Part shown: positions 31,580 through 43,915 of the stretch, in pieces
How positions within the stretch are numbered: the first letter of the stretch is position 1
Layout: each line of letters begins with the position of its first letter
DNA from: Mustelus asterias
Lineage: Eukaryota
Direction: 5' to 3'
Length of the DNA: 64,000 nucleotides
NCBI RefSeq assembly: GCF_964213995.1
Contig: NC_135821.1
Span: 4,774,001-4,838,000, forward strand
Position numbers and translations under genes: made by a program
Notes under the pieces: generated by a model
What the model saw: only the letters and a program-made list of their open reading frames with translations
Told to the model about the DNA's origin: nothing
The model's database searches: none

Positions 31580-31649
31580 GTCAGGTCAAACCAACATGGG
31601 CAATAAAAGCTCCAGCCCATTACCATCTTTGTGCTTCCGGAGTTTGTGC

Positions 31650-31967
31650 GGGACCCGGATTCGAATCCCACCACGGCAGATGATGGAATTTGAATTCAAT
31701 AAAAAATATTAAAAATCTACTGACAATGCTGAAACCATTATGGGTTGTCAGAAAAACCCATCTGGTTCACTAATGTCCTTTAGGGAAGGAAATCTGCCAT
31801 CCTTACCCAGTCTGGCCTATATGTAACTCCAGTGTCACAGCAATGTGGTTGACTCTCAACTGCCCTCTGAAATGGCTGAGCGAGACACTCAGTTCAAGGG
31901 CAACTAGGGATGGGCAATAAATGCTGGCCCAGCCAATGACACCCATGTTCCATGAATGAATAAAAAA
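31650..31967 (+). mobile_element. SacSINE1-like DeuSINE (5'-truncated)
   Basis: B box GGATTCGAATCCC, Deu-type core, tail GGGCAATAAATGCTGGCC...AATGAATAAAAA. Confidence 0.75.
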
Positions 31968-33711
31968 TGATTATGCCAACGTGAGGGTAAAGTACATTAG
32001 AAAGGTACTTGCCCTACTAAAGCAGGATCTTGTTAATGACACCTGCAAGACAGTCTATACCCTAGGTGCCCACTGACTGCAGACGGCACCAGGTGTACTG
32101 ATGGATGCCTGCCACACACGCCCTCTGTAGAGGTCACCCAGGGATCCACAAGATTGTGAAAGAGAAGTAGGCAGTCAGAGTGACACCACTCCCCCAGCCC
32201 TCACCCCAACCCCATGAGCCTAAGCTGTCCTAGAATGAGAAATTGCTGATTCCGTCAGGACTGGCAGGTCCGTAGGAAGTTCCTTCGACTTTGACCGAAG
32301 AACATGATTGGTCATTTTTGCTTCCCATGTGCTGCAGTTTTGCACTTGCCTGCTCTAATCATCCAATCAGAATGTTCCCTGGTCCAAATGATCATATCCA
32401 CTGCATTCCATTCTTGATTGGTGCCCTCTAAGGAGCTTGTAGTTCTGATTGGGTACTGGGAGTGGTGTAGCATCAATTGGAATGTGAGTCTTGGTATTTA
32501 AGATGAGTTGGTCCCACTTGCATCAATGTCAGAGTCTAGTGAGTTAGAATGGCTTCCCAAGTGCAGTAGAACTACCACAAGGACTGTGAGGATGCTGTTA
32601 ACAAGCAGATCAACCTGGAGCTCTATTCCTCCTATGTTTACCTCTCCATGGTGAGCTTTGTTTTTTTTCAAGAAACTTAGTGTTTTTGAATAACCTGTTG
32701 GTCTGTATACAATGAATGCATTGGTTTTATAAAAGTTCTAATGTAGTGCAACTTATTTTATGGTCAGTAATAAACCTCTTTTGCAGTGATTATAACACCT
32801 GTATCATCTATAATAATCTTTAAGCTGTATGATTGTTTTCACCAGAGTCAGAACTATGACCCTGTTGACCTCTTGTTTCTAACATTGCCATTGAGTTAAA
32901 TATATTTGCACAATATTGTAATCATAGAATCCCTACTGTGCAGAAGGTGGCCATTTGGCCCATTTGAGTCTGCACTAACCACAGTCCCAGCCCTGTAACC
33001 CCATGTATCTACCCTGCTAGTCCCCCTGAAATTAAGGGGCAATTTAGCATAGCCAGTCCACGTAACCCGCATCTTTGGTCTGTGGGAGGAAACTCTCCCA
33101 GACATGGGGAGAACATACAAACTCCACAGTGGCCTGAACTGGGAATTTAACCCTGACTGAGGCAGCAGTGCTTGCCACTGTTGCCCTTGTAATTGGTAAC
33201 TGGTTTTACATGGCCAGCTTTCATTAAGCATCTGTAATGGGTTGATACAAAATTGATACAATGGTTGAAAGAGGACTGTCGATGCCAGGTATAAAAGAAA
33301 AAGTGTAAGCTAGAAGCAGGAGGAGGCCATTCGGCCCTTCAAGCCTGCTCCACCATTCATTTTGATCATGGCAGATCATTAAATTTAATATCCTAATCTT
33401 GACTAGCCCTGAGCTAAAGCTAATTGGGTTCTAGGAGATGGTGTCTCTGGTGTCCACTTTGCAGAAGGGCTTTGAGTATGATGGTGAGATATTCTCCTTG
33501 TGATACCAGATGTGAATTGCAGGCAGGTACTTGGGGCAAATAATCCCATTTTTAAAATGAGTGAGATAGGGGATTGTCAATAAATTTGTTCAAGGGCCTT
33601 GGAATATAAATTCCCTTTTTTTTAAAAAATTGAACAAGTGGACGCTTGCCTGATAGGAAAGAATCAGTGGGAGCTGCTTGAAGTAATGTAGGTCGTGGGG
33701 CTTGACTAGTT

Positions 33712-34050
33712 TTAGTCATTTGTGGGACATGGGTGTCACTTGCTGTTCAGCATTTGTTGCCCTTGGTTGGCAGTTGAGTCAGCCACGTTGGCTGTGGCTC
33801 TGGAGTCACATGTGGGGTAGACCAGGTAAGGACGGCAGATTCCCTTCCCTGAAGGACATTAGTGAACTAGATGGATTTTTCTCAATCAACTATGATTTTA
33901 TGGTCATCAGTAGATTCTTAATTCCTGATTTTTAGTGAATTCAAATTCCACCATCTGCTGTGGCAGGATTCAAACCTGGGTCCCCCAGAACATGAGCTGA
34001 GTTTCTGGATTAATAGTCTAGCGATAATACCGCTAGGCCATCGCCTCCCC
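33712..34050 (-). mobile_element. SacSINE1-like DeuSINE in intron 1 of E
   Basis: Head GGGGAGGCGATGGCCTAGCGG and Deu-type core on the minus strand. Confidence 0.75.
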
Positions 34051-35053
34051 TGTAACTGCTGAAGCAGTATTTTATTCAGTGTGTAAATAGGTGTTGGTGA
34101 TGGAAGACTGACCTGAGGCGATTACACAAAGAATAATATTGACTTGCGTATGAAATGCATTGTAACTGGTCTCCTACAACATGAGGACTTTACAATATGC
34201 ATTGAATCTCCAGTGCTGAGGTAGTGAATGGGTAACTTGTTTGTGAAGCTGTGTTTGTATTTTGGCTGTAAATCAGATCAAACCTGACTCTTCCATTTGT
34301 CTCTCTGCAGTCTGCTTACTTTGACCGGGATGATGTTGCCCTGAGTCACTTTGCTGAGTTCTTCAAGGAGCAGTCACATGAGGAATGGGAACATGCTGAG
34401 AAACTGATGGAATTCCAGAATAAACGTGGAGGCAGACTCATCCTGGAGGATGTCAAGGTTGGATTTGATGGATATCTGCATCCCCTTGGACTGACTTTAA
34501 TCCAATAATTAGTGTGATGCACTTGTGTGTTTTGACTTCACTAAATGAACTGTCTGCCATTCCCCTCTTCCAGAAGCCAGAGCAGGATGAGTGGGGCAAT
34601 GGTCTGGAGGCCATGCAGAGAGCTCTGCAGATGGAGAAGAATGTGAACCAGAGTCTGCTGGATCTGCACAAACTCTCCTCTGGGAACACCGACCCTCATG
34701 TAAGTCACTGATGCTGTAATCTGGGCTACTGGATAAATTAATAGTGAAATGTTACACAAGTTTTCTGTATCCAACTGACATTAGGGTGGTTCTTGGTCTT
34801 TATCAGGGGATTGGTGATGGAGAGGGGGACAATGTTGTCCCAGTAATATGTGGTAGGTCATGTTTGACCAATCTCAGAGTTTTTCAAGGAGGTGACCAGG
34901 AAAGTGGATGAAGGGAAGGTGGTGGATGTTGTCTACCTGGATTTCAGCAAGGCCTTTGACAAGGTCCCTCATGGGAGGTTAGTTAGGAAGGTTAAGTCGC
35001 TAGGTATACATGGGGAGGTAGTAAATTGGATTAGACACTGGCTCAATGGAAGA

Positions 35054-35990
35054 ACACAGTAAGAAGTTTAACAACACCAGGTTAAAGTCCAACAGGTTTA
35101 TTTGGTAGCAAAAGCCACACAAGCTTTCGAAGCTCTAAGCCCCTTCTTCAGGTGAGTGGGAATTCTGTTCACAAACAGAGCTTATAAAGACACAGACTCA
35201 ATTTACATGAATAATGGTTGGAATGCGAATACTTACAACTAATCCAGTCTTTAAGAAACAAAACAATGGGAGTGGAGAGCATCAAGACAGGCTAAAAAGA
35301 TGTGTATTGTCTCCAGACAAGACAGCCAGTGAAACTCTGTGGGAGTTACAAATAGTGTGCCATGAACCCAATATCCCGGTTGAGGCTGTCCTCGTGTGTG
35401 TGGTACTTGGCTATCAGTTTCTGCTCAGCGACTCTGTGCCGTCGTGTGTCGCGAAGGCCGCCTTGGAGAACGCTTACCCGAATATCAGAGGCCAAATGCC
35501 TGTGACCGCTGAAGTGCTCCCTAACAGGAAGAGAACAGTCCTGCCTGGTGATTGTCGAGTGGTGTTCATTCATCCATTGTTGCAGCGTCTGCATAGTTTC
35601 CCCAATGTACCATGCCTCGGACATCCTTTCTTGCAGTGTATCAGGTAGACAACGTTGGCCGAGTTGCAAGAGTATGTACTGTGTACCTGGTGGATGGTGT
35701 TCTCACGTGAGATGGTGGCATCTGTGTCGATCTGGCACGTCTTGCAGAGGTTGCTGTGGCAGGGTTGTGTGGTGTCATGGTCACTGTTCTCCTGAAGGCT
35801 GGGTAGTTTGCTGCGGACAATGGTCTGTTTGAGGTTGTGCGGTTGTTTGAAGGCAAGAAGTGGGGGTGTGGGGATGGCCTTGGCGAGATGTTCGTCTTCA
35901 ATGACATGTTGAAGGCTCCGGAGGAGATGCCGTAGCTTCTCTGCTCCGGGGAAGTACTGGACAACGAAGGGTACTCTGTCCACCATGTTC
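35054..35990 (-). mobile_element. Penelope-like retroelement, 3' part with GIY-YIG endonuclease
   Basis: ORFs 35570-36103 and 35346-35669: RVPFVVQYFPG...PLLAFKQP.NLK..IVRSKL...CKTC...CNSANVVYLIHC...WYIGET...L..RMNEH-like; one frameshift. Confidence 0.9.
35118..35154 (-). ncRNA. Minimal type I hammerhead ribozyme motif in the Penelope terminus
   Basis: Minus strand CAC-CTGAAGA-AGGGGCTTAGAGCTTC-GAAA-GCTT-GTG: CUGANGA and GAAA cores, helix I CAC/GTG, palindromic helix III. Confidence 0.7.
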
Positions 35991-36440
35991 CTTTCCTTTT
36001 CCTTTCCTTTGATAGAGGTGTATAAGATTTTGATGGGTATAGATAGTGAATGCAAGCAGGCTTTTTCCGCTGAGGCTAGGGGAGAAAAAAAACCAGAGGG
36101 CATGGGTTAAGTGTGAAAGGAGAAGTTAAAAGGGAATATTAGGGGGGGCTTCTTCACGCAGAGAGTGGTGGGAGTGTGGAATGAGCTGCCGGATAAAGTG
36201 GTAAATGCAGGGTCACTTTTAACATTTAAGAAAAACTTGGATGGGTTCATGGATGAGCGGGGTGTGGAGGGATATGGTCCAAGTGCAGGTCAGTGGGACT
36301 AGGCACAAAATGGTTCGGCACAGACAAGAAGGGCCAAAAGGCCTGTTTCTGTGCTGTAATTTTCTATGGTTTTCTAATCCTGGGATTTAAGCACTTTTTT
36401 CCTCATTTGGATTTCCTCCAATAGGTGGTACAATGCTTGA

Positions 36441-36584
<144 letters not shown>

Positions 36585-37061
36585 TGAGAATGGCATGGGA
36601 GAGTACCTGTTTGACAGGCTCACTCTGGGGGAGTGACTGAATTCACAGCACAGGATAAGCATGTTATTTGTATAATTGACATCTTTGGAGCTGTCAATTT
36701 GTGGCATTGTGGGAATAAACAAATCATTTGTAATGGAGTGAATGTTGCCTGTGTTGTAATTACATCCAGTAATGCAGTCACTGACATACCAGTAGCATTG
36801 TGGATGGTCTAACTTGTTCTTTGTACATTAAATTTGACACCATTTCAAGACCAGTGTCTTGGTTGGGAGGAGTTGTCAGATCTGAGCCTAGCTGGCTGGA
36901 ACGGGATCTGTTGATAAATATTCTCTGCTTTTTGCCCCAAGAGCAAATCTTTCCAAGCACTTGCTGTGAAATAGCTTTTTACTGCCATTCAGTCTCGATA
37001 TAGACCAGGCTTACGGGAGGTCTTGGCTCTTGGTACTAAAGGGAATAACAATGATGAGTTA

Positions 37062-37520
37062 GTGTGATGGAATGCTCCTCACTTGCCTGGATGGGTGCAA
37101 CTCTGACAACACTCGAGAAGCTCGACACCATCCAGGACAAAGCTGCCCACTTAATTGACACCACATGCACAAACACCCATTCCCTCCTCCACTAACACTC
37201 AGTAGCAGCAGTGTGTACCATCTACAAGATGCACTGCAGCAATTTGCCAAAGATCCTTAGACAGTGCCTTCCAAACCCACAACTACTTCCATCGAGAAGG
37301 ACAGGGGGACACCACCTGCATATTCCCCTCCAGGTCACTCATCCTCACTTGGAAATATGTTGCTGTTCCTTTGCAGTCACTAGGTCAAAATCCTGGAGTT
37401 TCCTAATGGTATTGTGGGTCAACCCACAGCACATGGACTGCAGTGATTCAAGAAGGCAGCTCACCACCTGAAGGGCAACGAAGGATGGGCAATAAGCCAG
37501 TGATGGCCATGTCCCATTTA
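37062..37520 (+). mobile_element. LINE 3' fragment (CR1/L2 group) whose tail matches the DeuSINE tail
   Basis: AAGCTCGACACCATCCAGGACAAAGCT (KLDTIQDKA) ... TTCAAGAAGGCAGCTCACCACC...GGGCAATAA...GCCAGTGATG; second copy on the minus strand at about 48085-48310. Confidence 0.6.
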
Positions 37521-37607
37521 AAGAATTAAACTGGGGTCTGGTCAATATTGCTTGAAATGTGATACTTGAGAGTGGGGAATATGGGGATTCCTTATGTAAA
37601 ATTTAAT

Positions 37608-38322
37608 CCTATCGAAGGGCTGAATATAGTCATAAAACCAGCTAAAAGCTCCCTATCACATCAATTTACAATGTGCAGACGCTGGTGTTGGACCTGGGAA
37701 CCAGATGAGAGGTCACGCGATGCCAGATTATAGTACAAATTTATTTAAAATCACAAGCTTTCAGAGTGTTGCCCCTTCGTCAGGTCAAGTCACTTCCCCT
37801 ATGAAGGAGCAGTGCTTCGAAAGCTTGTGATTTCAAATAAACTTGTTGGACTATCACCTGGTGTCATGTGATCTCTCCTATTGAAGGGCTGAATATAGTC
37901 ATTACAAAACCAGCTAAACGCTCCCTATTACATCAATTTATAATGTGGAGATGTTGGTGTGGGACCTGGGAATAAGATGAGAAGTCACAGAATACCAGGT
38001 TATAGTCCAACAGGTTTATTTAAACTCCCAAGCTTTGGCAGCGCTGCTCCTTTGTCAGGTGAAGTCACTTCCCCTATGAAGGAACATAACATAAGAACTA
38101 GGAGCAGGAGTAGGCCATCTGGCCCCCTGAGCTCGTTCCGCCATTCACTAAGATCATGGCTGATCGTTTTGTGGACTCAGCTCCACTTACCCACCCGCCC
38201 ACCATAACCCTTAATTCCTTTAGTGTTCAAAAATTTATCTATCCTTGCCTTAAAAAGCGCTTCGAAAGCTTGTGATTTCAAATAAACCTGTTGGACTCTA
38301 ACCTGGTGTCATGTGATCTCTC
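37608..38322. repeat. Tandem duplication of a Penelope-derived inverted-repeat element; the second unit is interrupted by a CR1 3' end (about 38084-38254)
   Basis: Units begin CCTAT(C/T)GAAGGGCTGAATATAGTCAT; each has CCAGGTTA...TTTATTT...AAGCTTT / GAAAGCTTGTG...AAATAAAC...ACCTGG arms. Confidence 0.7.
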
Positions 38323-39069
38323 ACCAATTTATAAAACTCAAAACCAGCATTTACACTTAATCTTGTTGTCCATTCATTCCCAATCCGAATTGTCATTCCC
38401 AAATCCCAATGGATCTCCATTGCTTCTCCAAGCCTGAAAATGATTGGAGCTTTGTTGCCCCAACTGCATTCATCAGGAAATGTTAGAACCCTAAGGTTAT
38501 TTTAATCTTTCCTGGGATGTGGGGGCAAGGCCAGCATCTGTTGCCCATCTGTAATTGCCCCTGGAACTGAATGGGCTCCAGGCTGTTTCAGAGGGCAGTT
38601 AGGAATCAACCCCTGAAGAGTGAGATATGGAACTGGAGGCAGAGTAATGTCGATGGAACTAAACATCAGCAAAATATAATCCTTCCAAAGGAAGAGCATG
38701 GATCTCATCAAATTAAATTAAATAGACATTCCTCCGGAAACGCTTCCGGCAAACAGCTACTCAATGAATTCAGCGGATTGGAGATATTCAATTTACAAAA
38801 CAATGGCTTCCTGAATGGATGGTGGAAGCAGACTTCATAATGAAATGGTATTGGATATATATTTAAAGACAGATATGGGAAGGGGGAATGGGGGATATTG
38901 AACATCTCAAAGGGCAGATAGAGACACAATGGGCCAAATGGCCTCCTCTGCGCTATATCATTCCAACAACCCAATAAAATGAATCACTTTGTCCCATTAC
39001 ACATCACACACCAAACTGCAATTATTCTTTGCAAATTATACTGGATTTGTCTTCTGTGACTCAAAGGAG

Positions 39070-39386
39070 GGCAGCATGGTAGCAAAGTGGTTAGCACTGT
39101 TGCCCCACAGTGCCAGGACCCAGGTTCGATTCCCGGCTTGGGTCACTGCCTGTGTGGGGTTTGTATGTTCTTTCCGTGTCTGCGTGGGTTTCCTCTGGGT
39201 GCTCCGGTTTCCTCCCACACTCCAAGATGTGCGAGTTAGGTTGATTGGTCATGCTAAATTAACCATTAGTGTCAGGGGGATTAGTCGGGTCAATATATGC
39301 GTTTACAGGGATAGGGCCTGGGTGGAATCATTGTCGATGCTGGCTCGATGGGCAAACTGGATTCTTTCTGCACAATAGGGATTCTA
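39070..39386 (+). mobile_element. HE1-like V-SINE
   Basis: Head, V-domain and CR1-type tail. Confidence 0.8.
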
Positions 39387-39711
39387 GCTGGAAATGCAAA
39401 TCTAGCTGGAACAATCCAGGGTGTGCAATCAGGGTGAGGAATTCAGTTGCATCCTGCACTGGGTGTGATGGAATTAGTCTCCAGAGAGACCATGTTCATG
39501 CCCAAGGGGAACCATCACGGCATCAAATCCAGGATGGAACAACGGAATGATTTTGCTTTGAGATTAGATATCCAGAAGGTAGATTTGGAGATTGATGGCA
39601 CCACATTTTAAATGCTAGTCAGCTCCTAAAATGTTCAAGTTTGGTGTGGGTTTGGAATGTCGATGGATTTCATTGCTCCATATTTCAGAAAAGGAAACGC
39701 AATTATCAATC

Positions 39712-40160
39712 TTTTGACCGACCAAATAAACAAAATCAAATTAACTCAGGGACAAATTAAAAGGGGCAGCTTCCGAAAGGAGGGAATCCACCCGAAACAA
39801 AAGACAAAGTGGAAAGGAAACTTAAAACATCAAATTAAAATGCGATTAAAGTGGTCAATAATGCACCCCAGCTCCTGCGGTGCCCAGCGGGCACGGAAGG
39901 TGTTGACTGTGCCCTCGGACACCGCATGCTCCCTCTCCAGGGACACCCAGCCGCAAATGTAGTCGTGGTAGAGGTTCAGATAGTTGGGTTGGACTACACC
40001 CTCGGTCGCCCGCTGCCTGGACCTGTTTATGGTGAGTTTGGCCAGACGCAGGAGCAGGTTCACGAGGAGGTCTTCTGTCTTCCACCCCCGCAGCCCCTGT
40101 CCGCACTGGTGTCCATAGATCAGGAGCGTGGGACAAACAAAATATCAACAAAAGGTGAAA
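39712..40160 (-). mobile_element. Tx1 3' fragment (diverged subfamily) upstream of ferritin F
   Basis: ORF 39830-40063 NLLL.LAKLTINRSRQRA...VSLEREHAVS.G.V..FR.RWAPQ.LGCIID. Confidence 0.85.
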
Positions 40161-40871
40161 GACAATTATCGGCTGCTTTGGTCTGCTAATCTCAGACATG
40201 GATGAGCTGCAAGTATCCCCTACACAAAGGTGACTCCACGGTTTCCTCCAGCTCTCTGAAGCGGTTACGACCGTTTCTTGGGAATCCAGTTGCTGCCTTT
40301 GCGTTTGTGTTTAAAGGGATTGATGGGAGCACAGATTTAATACCAGGCAACACATCACATCACCAAAGCTAGGATTGAAAAGCTGAATGACCTTTGCACT
40401 GAGATCAGGTGTCGAAATATCGCTGGAAATCAGAACTGCCTCAAAGGGACGAGTCAGATTGTTGGAGAGCGTTTCAATCTGATTCCAATATTCTGAGGCT
40501 CATTGAAGGGACTTGTTTCCCTGAGGAACATACATATTAGGGGCAGGGTTAGGCCATTCAGCCCATCGGGCATGCTTGCCCATTTGATAAGATCATGGCT
40601 GATCTGGTTGCAGCCTCAGCTTCACTTTCCTCGGAGGAAAATTCCCTCAAGACGACGGGATAGTTTTGAATATTGTATCAGCCTCGCTGTCGCTGGCCAA
40701 TAACAAACCTGTCCAGATTATAACACCCACTTCAGCCAAAGGAACAAGTTATCGTCCAATTAAAATGAGAGGGTTAAACAATGAGACATTTTCACGCGGG
40801 AAGATGGTCGAGGACCCAAAAGCAGTGACATCATCGCGGTGAATCTCCCAAACCTGCCTGGTTTCCAAAGC

Positions 40872-41035
40872 TCTGATTGGCTCTGGCTCCCACCCCCTCC
40901 CCCCCTCCCCCCCACACCCTGTGATAATTGGAGGCTGGATTGATGGCAGATTCCTGATTGGCTGTCAGGGATTGTCAATCATCATTGGTGATGTCATTCC
41001 CAGTTTGGATGCAGGATGTCCCAGTGGTATAAATA
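40872..41035 (+). promoter_or_regulatory. Ferritin F promoter (uninterrupted, empty site): three ATTGG boxes, C-rich tract, CRE-like, TATA
   Basis: CTGATTGGCT twice, CATTGGTGATGTCA, TATAAATA at 41028-41035. Confidence 0.8.
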
Positions 41036-41095
41036 CAAGAGCTTGTGTTAGAAAGGGGCAGTTCTAAAACTTTCTAGGTGGCAGTAATAGTGAAG

Positions 41096-43915
41096 ATGGC
41101 TTCCCAAGTGTGTCAGAACTACCACAAGGACTGTGAGGATGCTGTTAACAAGCAGATCAACCTGGAGCTCTATTCCTCCTATGTTTACCTCTCCATGGTG
41201 AGCTTTGTGTTCCTTGTCACTGTGGTCTGAAATGTGGGATCTTCTCTAGTTGAATGAAGTGACTTTATAAATGATACTAATGGCACAGTGGTTAGTACTG
41301 CTGCCTCAGTACCAGGGACCTGGGTTTGATGCTTGGGTCACTGTCTATGTGGTTTCTGCATGTCCTCTGTGTCTGTGTGGGATTGCTCTGGTTTCCTCCC
41401 ACAGTCTAAAAGATGTGCTGGTTAGGGTGTTTTGGCCATGCTAAATTCTCCCTCAGTGTACCTGAACAGGTGCTGGAGTGTGGTGACTGGGGGATTTTCA
41501 CAGTAACTTCATTGCAGTGTTAATGTCAGTCTACTTGTGACTAAAACCTATTTATTTTGTCTCTCATCCCTGGGGGTGAGAGAATCATTGAGGGGTGAGT
41601 GTCTCCAGTGTGTCATCCAGGGTGATGTTGAGTGAATGGGCTGCTCCTTGTAACAGCTGCTCTCCATTGAGGGGTTTAATGGATGAAACTAGTTCAGCTG
41701 CTGCCTGAGTTTGGAACTGAGCACAAAGCTGGTCAGGTGCTTGTTAACATTAGACAAGGTTCAGCTTCAATGCGGGTGACTGTAGCTGGGGAAATGTTAG
41801 CAAGTCCCTGCTTGTAACTATCAATTAATGACCAGAAAAGTCCTGGTGGTGTTCGGGGTGCCCAGGATTCTTGATCTGCAGTGAAACTAGAATGAAGGAT
41901 GCTGCTTGGTCCATTTTGTGGGGGGTTAGTGCATTTGTATAGTGCCTCTTTCCTTGAGTTGCCTCAGTAGCTGTTGTGATAAATTGTTCACTCTGAAATT
42001 CAGCAATCAATTTATGCACAGCAAGATTCCAGTTGCAGCGAGCTCTCTCTCTCTCATGGGGAGATCATGATCAAATAGTTTCACCCAAATAGACCATGTT
42101 ATATCCACCTGGGAACAGATGGAGCCATTTGAGCATAAAGTAGAAAATATTTATTTTGTGTTATACAGACAGAGCATGCTGTTCATAGAGAAGGAAAAGA
42201 GGGTGCAGAATCTAGTGTTACAGTCATAGCTAGAGCACAGAGGAAAAATCAACTTGATGCAAGGTAAGTCCATTCAAAAGTCTGACAGTAGCAGGGAAGA
42301 AGCTGTTGTTGAGTCGGTTGGTACGTGATGTTGGTCTTTATCTTTATCCTGACGGAAGAGAGAATGTCTGGGGTTTCTGGTCTTTAATTATGCTGGCTGC
42401 TTTGCCAAGACAGCGGGAAGTGTAGATGGAGTCAATGGACGGGAGGCTTGTTTGCATGACGGATTGGGCTACATTCACAACCCTTTGTAGTTCCTTGCCA
42501 TCTTGGGCAGAGCAGGAGCCATACCAAGCTGTGATATAACCAGAAAGAATGCTTTCTATGGTGCATCTGTAAAAGTTGGTGAGAGTTGTAGCGGACGTGC
42601 CAAATTTCCTTCTGAGAAGGTAGAGACGTTGGTGGGCTTTCTTAACTATGGTGTTGACCTGTGGGGACCAGGACAGGTTGTTGGCCATCTGAACACCTAA
42701 CCTTGAAGCTCTTGACCATTCCGACCTCCCTGTCATAGACAGGGACATGTTCTCCTTTCTGCTTCCTGAAGTCAAGCATTGGCTTAATGTCCCTCTGAAT
42801 GATGGGAAAAATACCATGAATCAAACTAAACTCACTGGAGAGAAATTGCCCTCTGGGTTTTGTGTAACTTTTTAAAATTTAATTGAGCTATATTCATGAC
42901 CCTTTGTAGTTTCTTGCAGCCTTAGGCAGAGTAGGAGCCATACCCAGCTGTGATGCATCTCGAAAGGATGCTTTCAATGGTGCATCTGTAAAAATTTGCA
43001 TCAGTCTCTAATTCCAAAAATAAATTTACTCCTTTCTTCCCCCACCCCTTAGTTCTGTTACTTTGACCGGGATGATGTTGCCCCGCGTCACTTTGCTGAG
43101 TTCTTCAAGGAGCAGTCACATGAGGAACGGGAACATGCTGAGAAACTGATGGAATTCCAGAATAAACGTGGAGGCAGAGTCATCCTGGAGGATGTCAAGG
43201 TTGGATATCTGCGTCCCCTTTGATTTTGATACAATTAGTGTGATGCTTTAGTTCCTTGTAACATTCTGGTTATGATCCCTATTTTCTCATGTGTTTTGAC
43301 TCCATTGTGAATGAACTGTCTGCCATTCCCCTCTTCCAGAAGCCAGAGCAGGATGAGTGGAGCAATGGTCTGGAGGCCATGCAGAGCGCTCTGCAGCTGG
43401 AGAAGAATGTGAACCAGAGTCTGCTGGATCTGCACAAACTCTCCTCTGGGAACACTGACCCTCATGTAAGTCACTGATGCTGTAATCTGGGCTACTGTAT
43501 AAATTAAAACAGTGAAATGTTACTGTCAAGATTTCTGCATCCAACTGACTTTTTTTTATTGGAGTGGCTCTTGAGTTTTATCTGGTGATGGAGAGGGGAT
43601 AATCTTGTCCCAGTAATCATGGGATACAAGCACTTGTATTTCACAGCCCCTCACCCCCTCCCCTTCAGTCACTCTGCATTGCACCATCTATTGAGGAAAT
43701 CCAATGCTTGATATTTGCTTTGCTGCTCGATGTTAATGACTTGTCCTCCTGTCTTCCAGCTTTGTGACTTCCTGGAGACTCGCTACTTGGATGAACAAGT
43801 GAAGATGGTCAAGAAGCTTGGAGATCACATCACCAACCTGAAGAGACTGGGAGCCCCTGAGAATGGCATGGGAGAGTACCTGTTTGACAGGCTCACCCTG
43901 GGGGAGAGTGACTAG
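41096..43915 (+). CDS. Ferritin M/heavy-like subunit, gene F (176 aa, open frame, several unusual substitutions)
   Basis: Exons 41096-41197, 43053-43199, 43340-43465, 43760-43915; [14 protein letters not shown], ends LTLGESD*; AATAAA at about 44025. Confidence 0.9.
42140..42780 (-). mobile_element. Rex1/Babar-like LINE 3' fragment in intron 1 of F
   Basis: ORF 42344-42817 NNLSWS...[13 protein letters not shown]...[21 protein letters not shown]. Confidence 0.8.

Larger units (their letters stand above)
34870..36372 (+). mobile_element. CR1 LINE fragments (34870-35053 and about 36010-36372) split by a Penelope insertion, intron 3 of E
   Basis: Left part encodes VDVVYLDFSKAFDKVPH (RT region); right part FFTQRVVGVWNELP with a CR1 tail. 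Confidence 0.85.
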
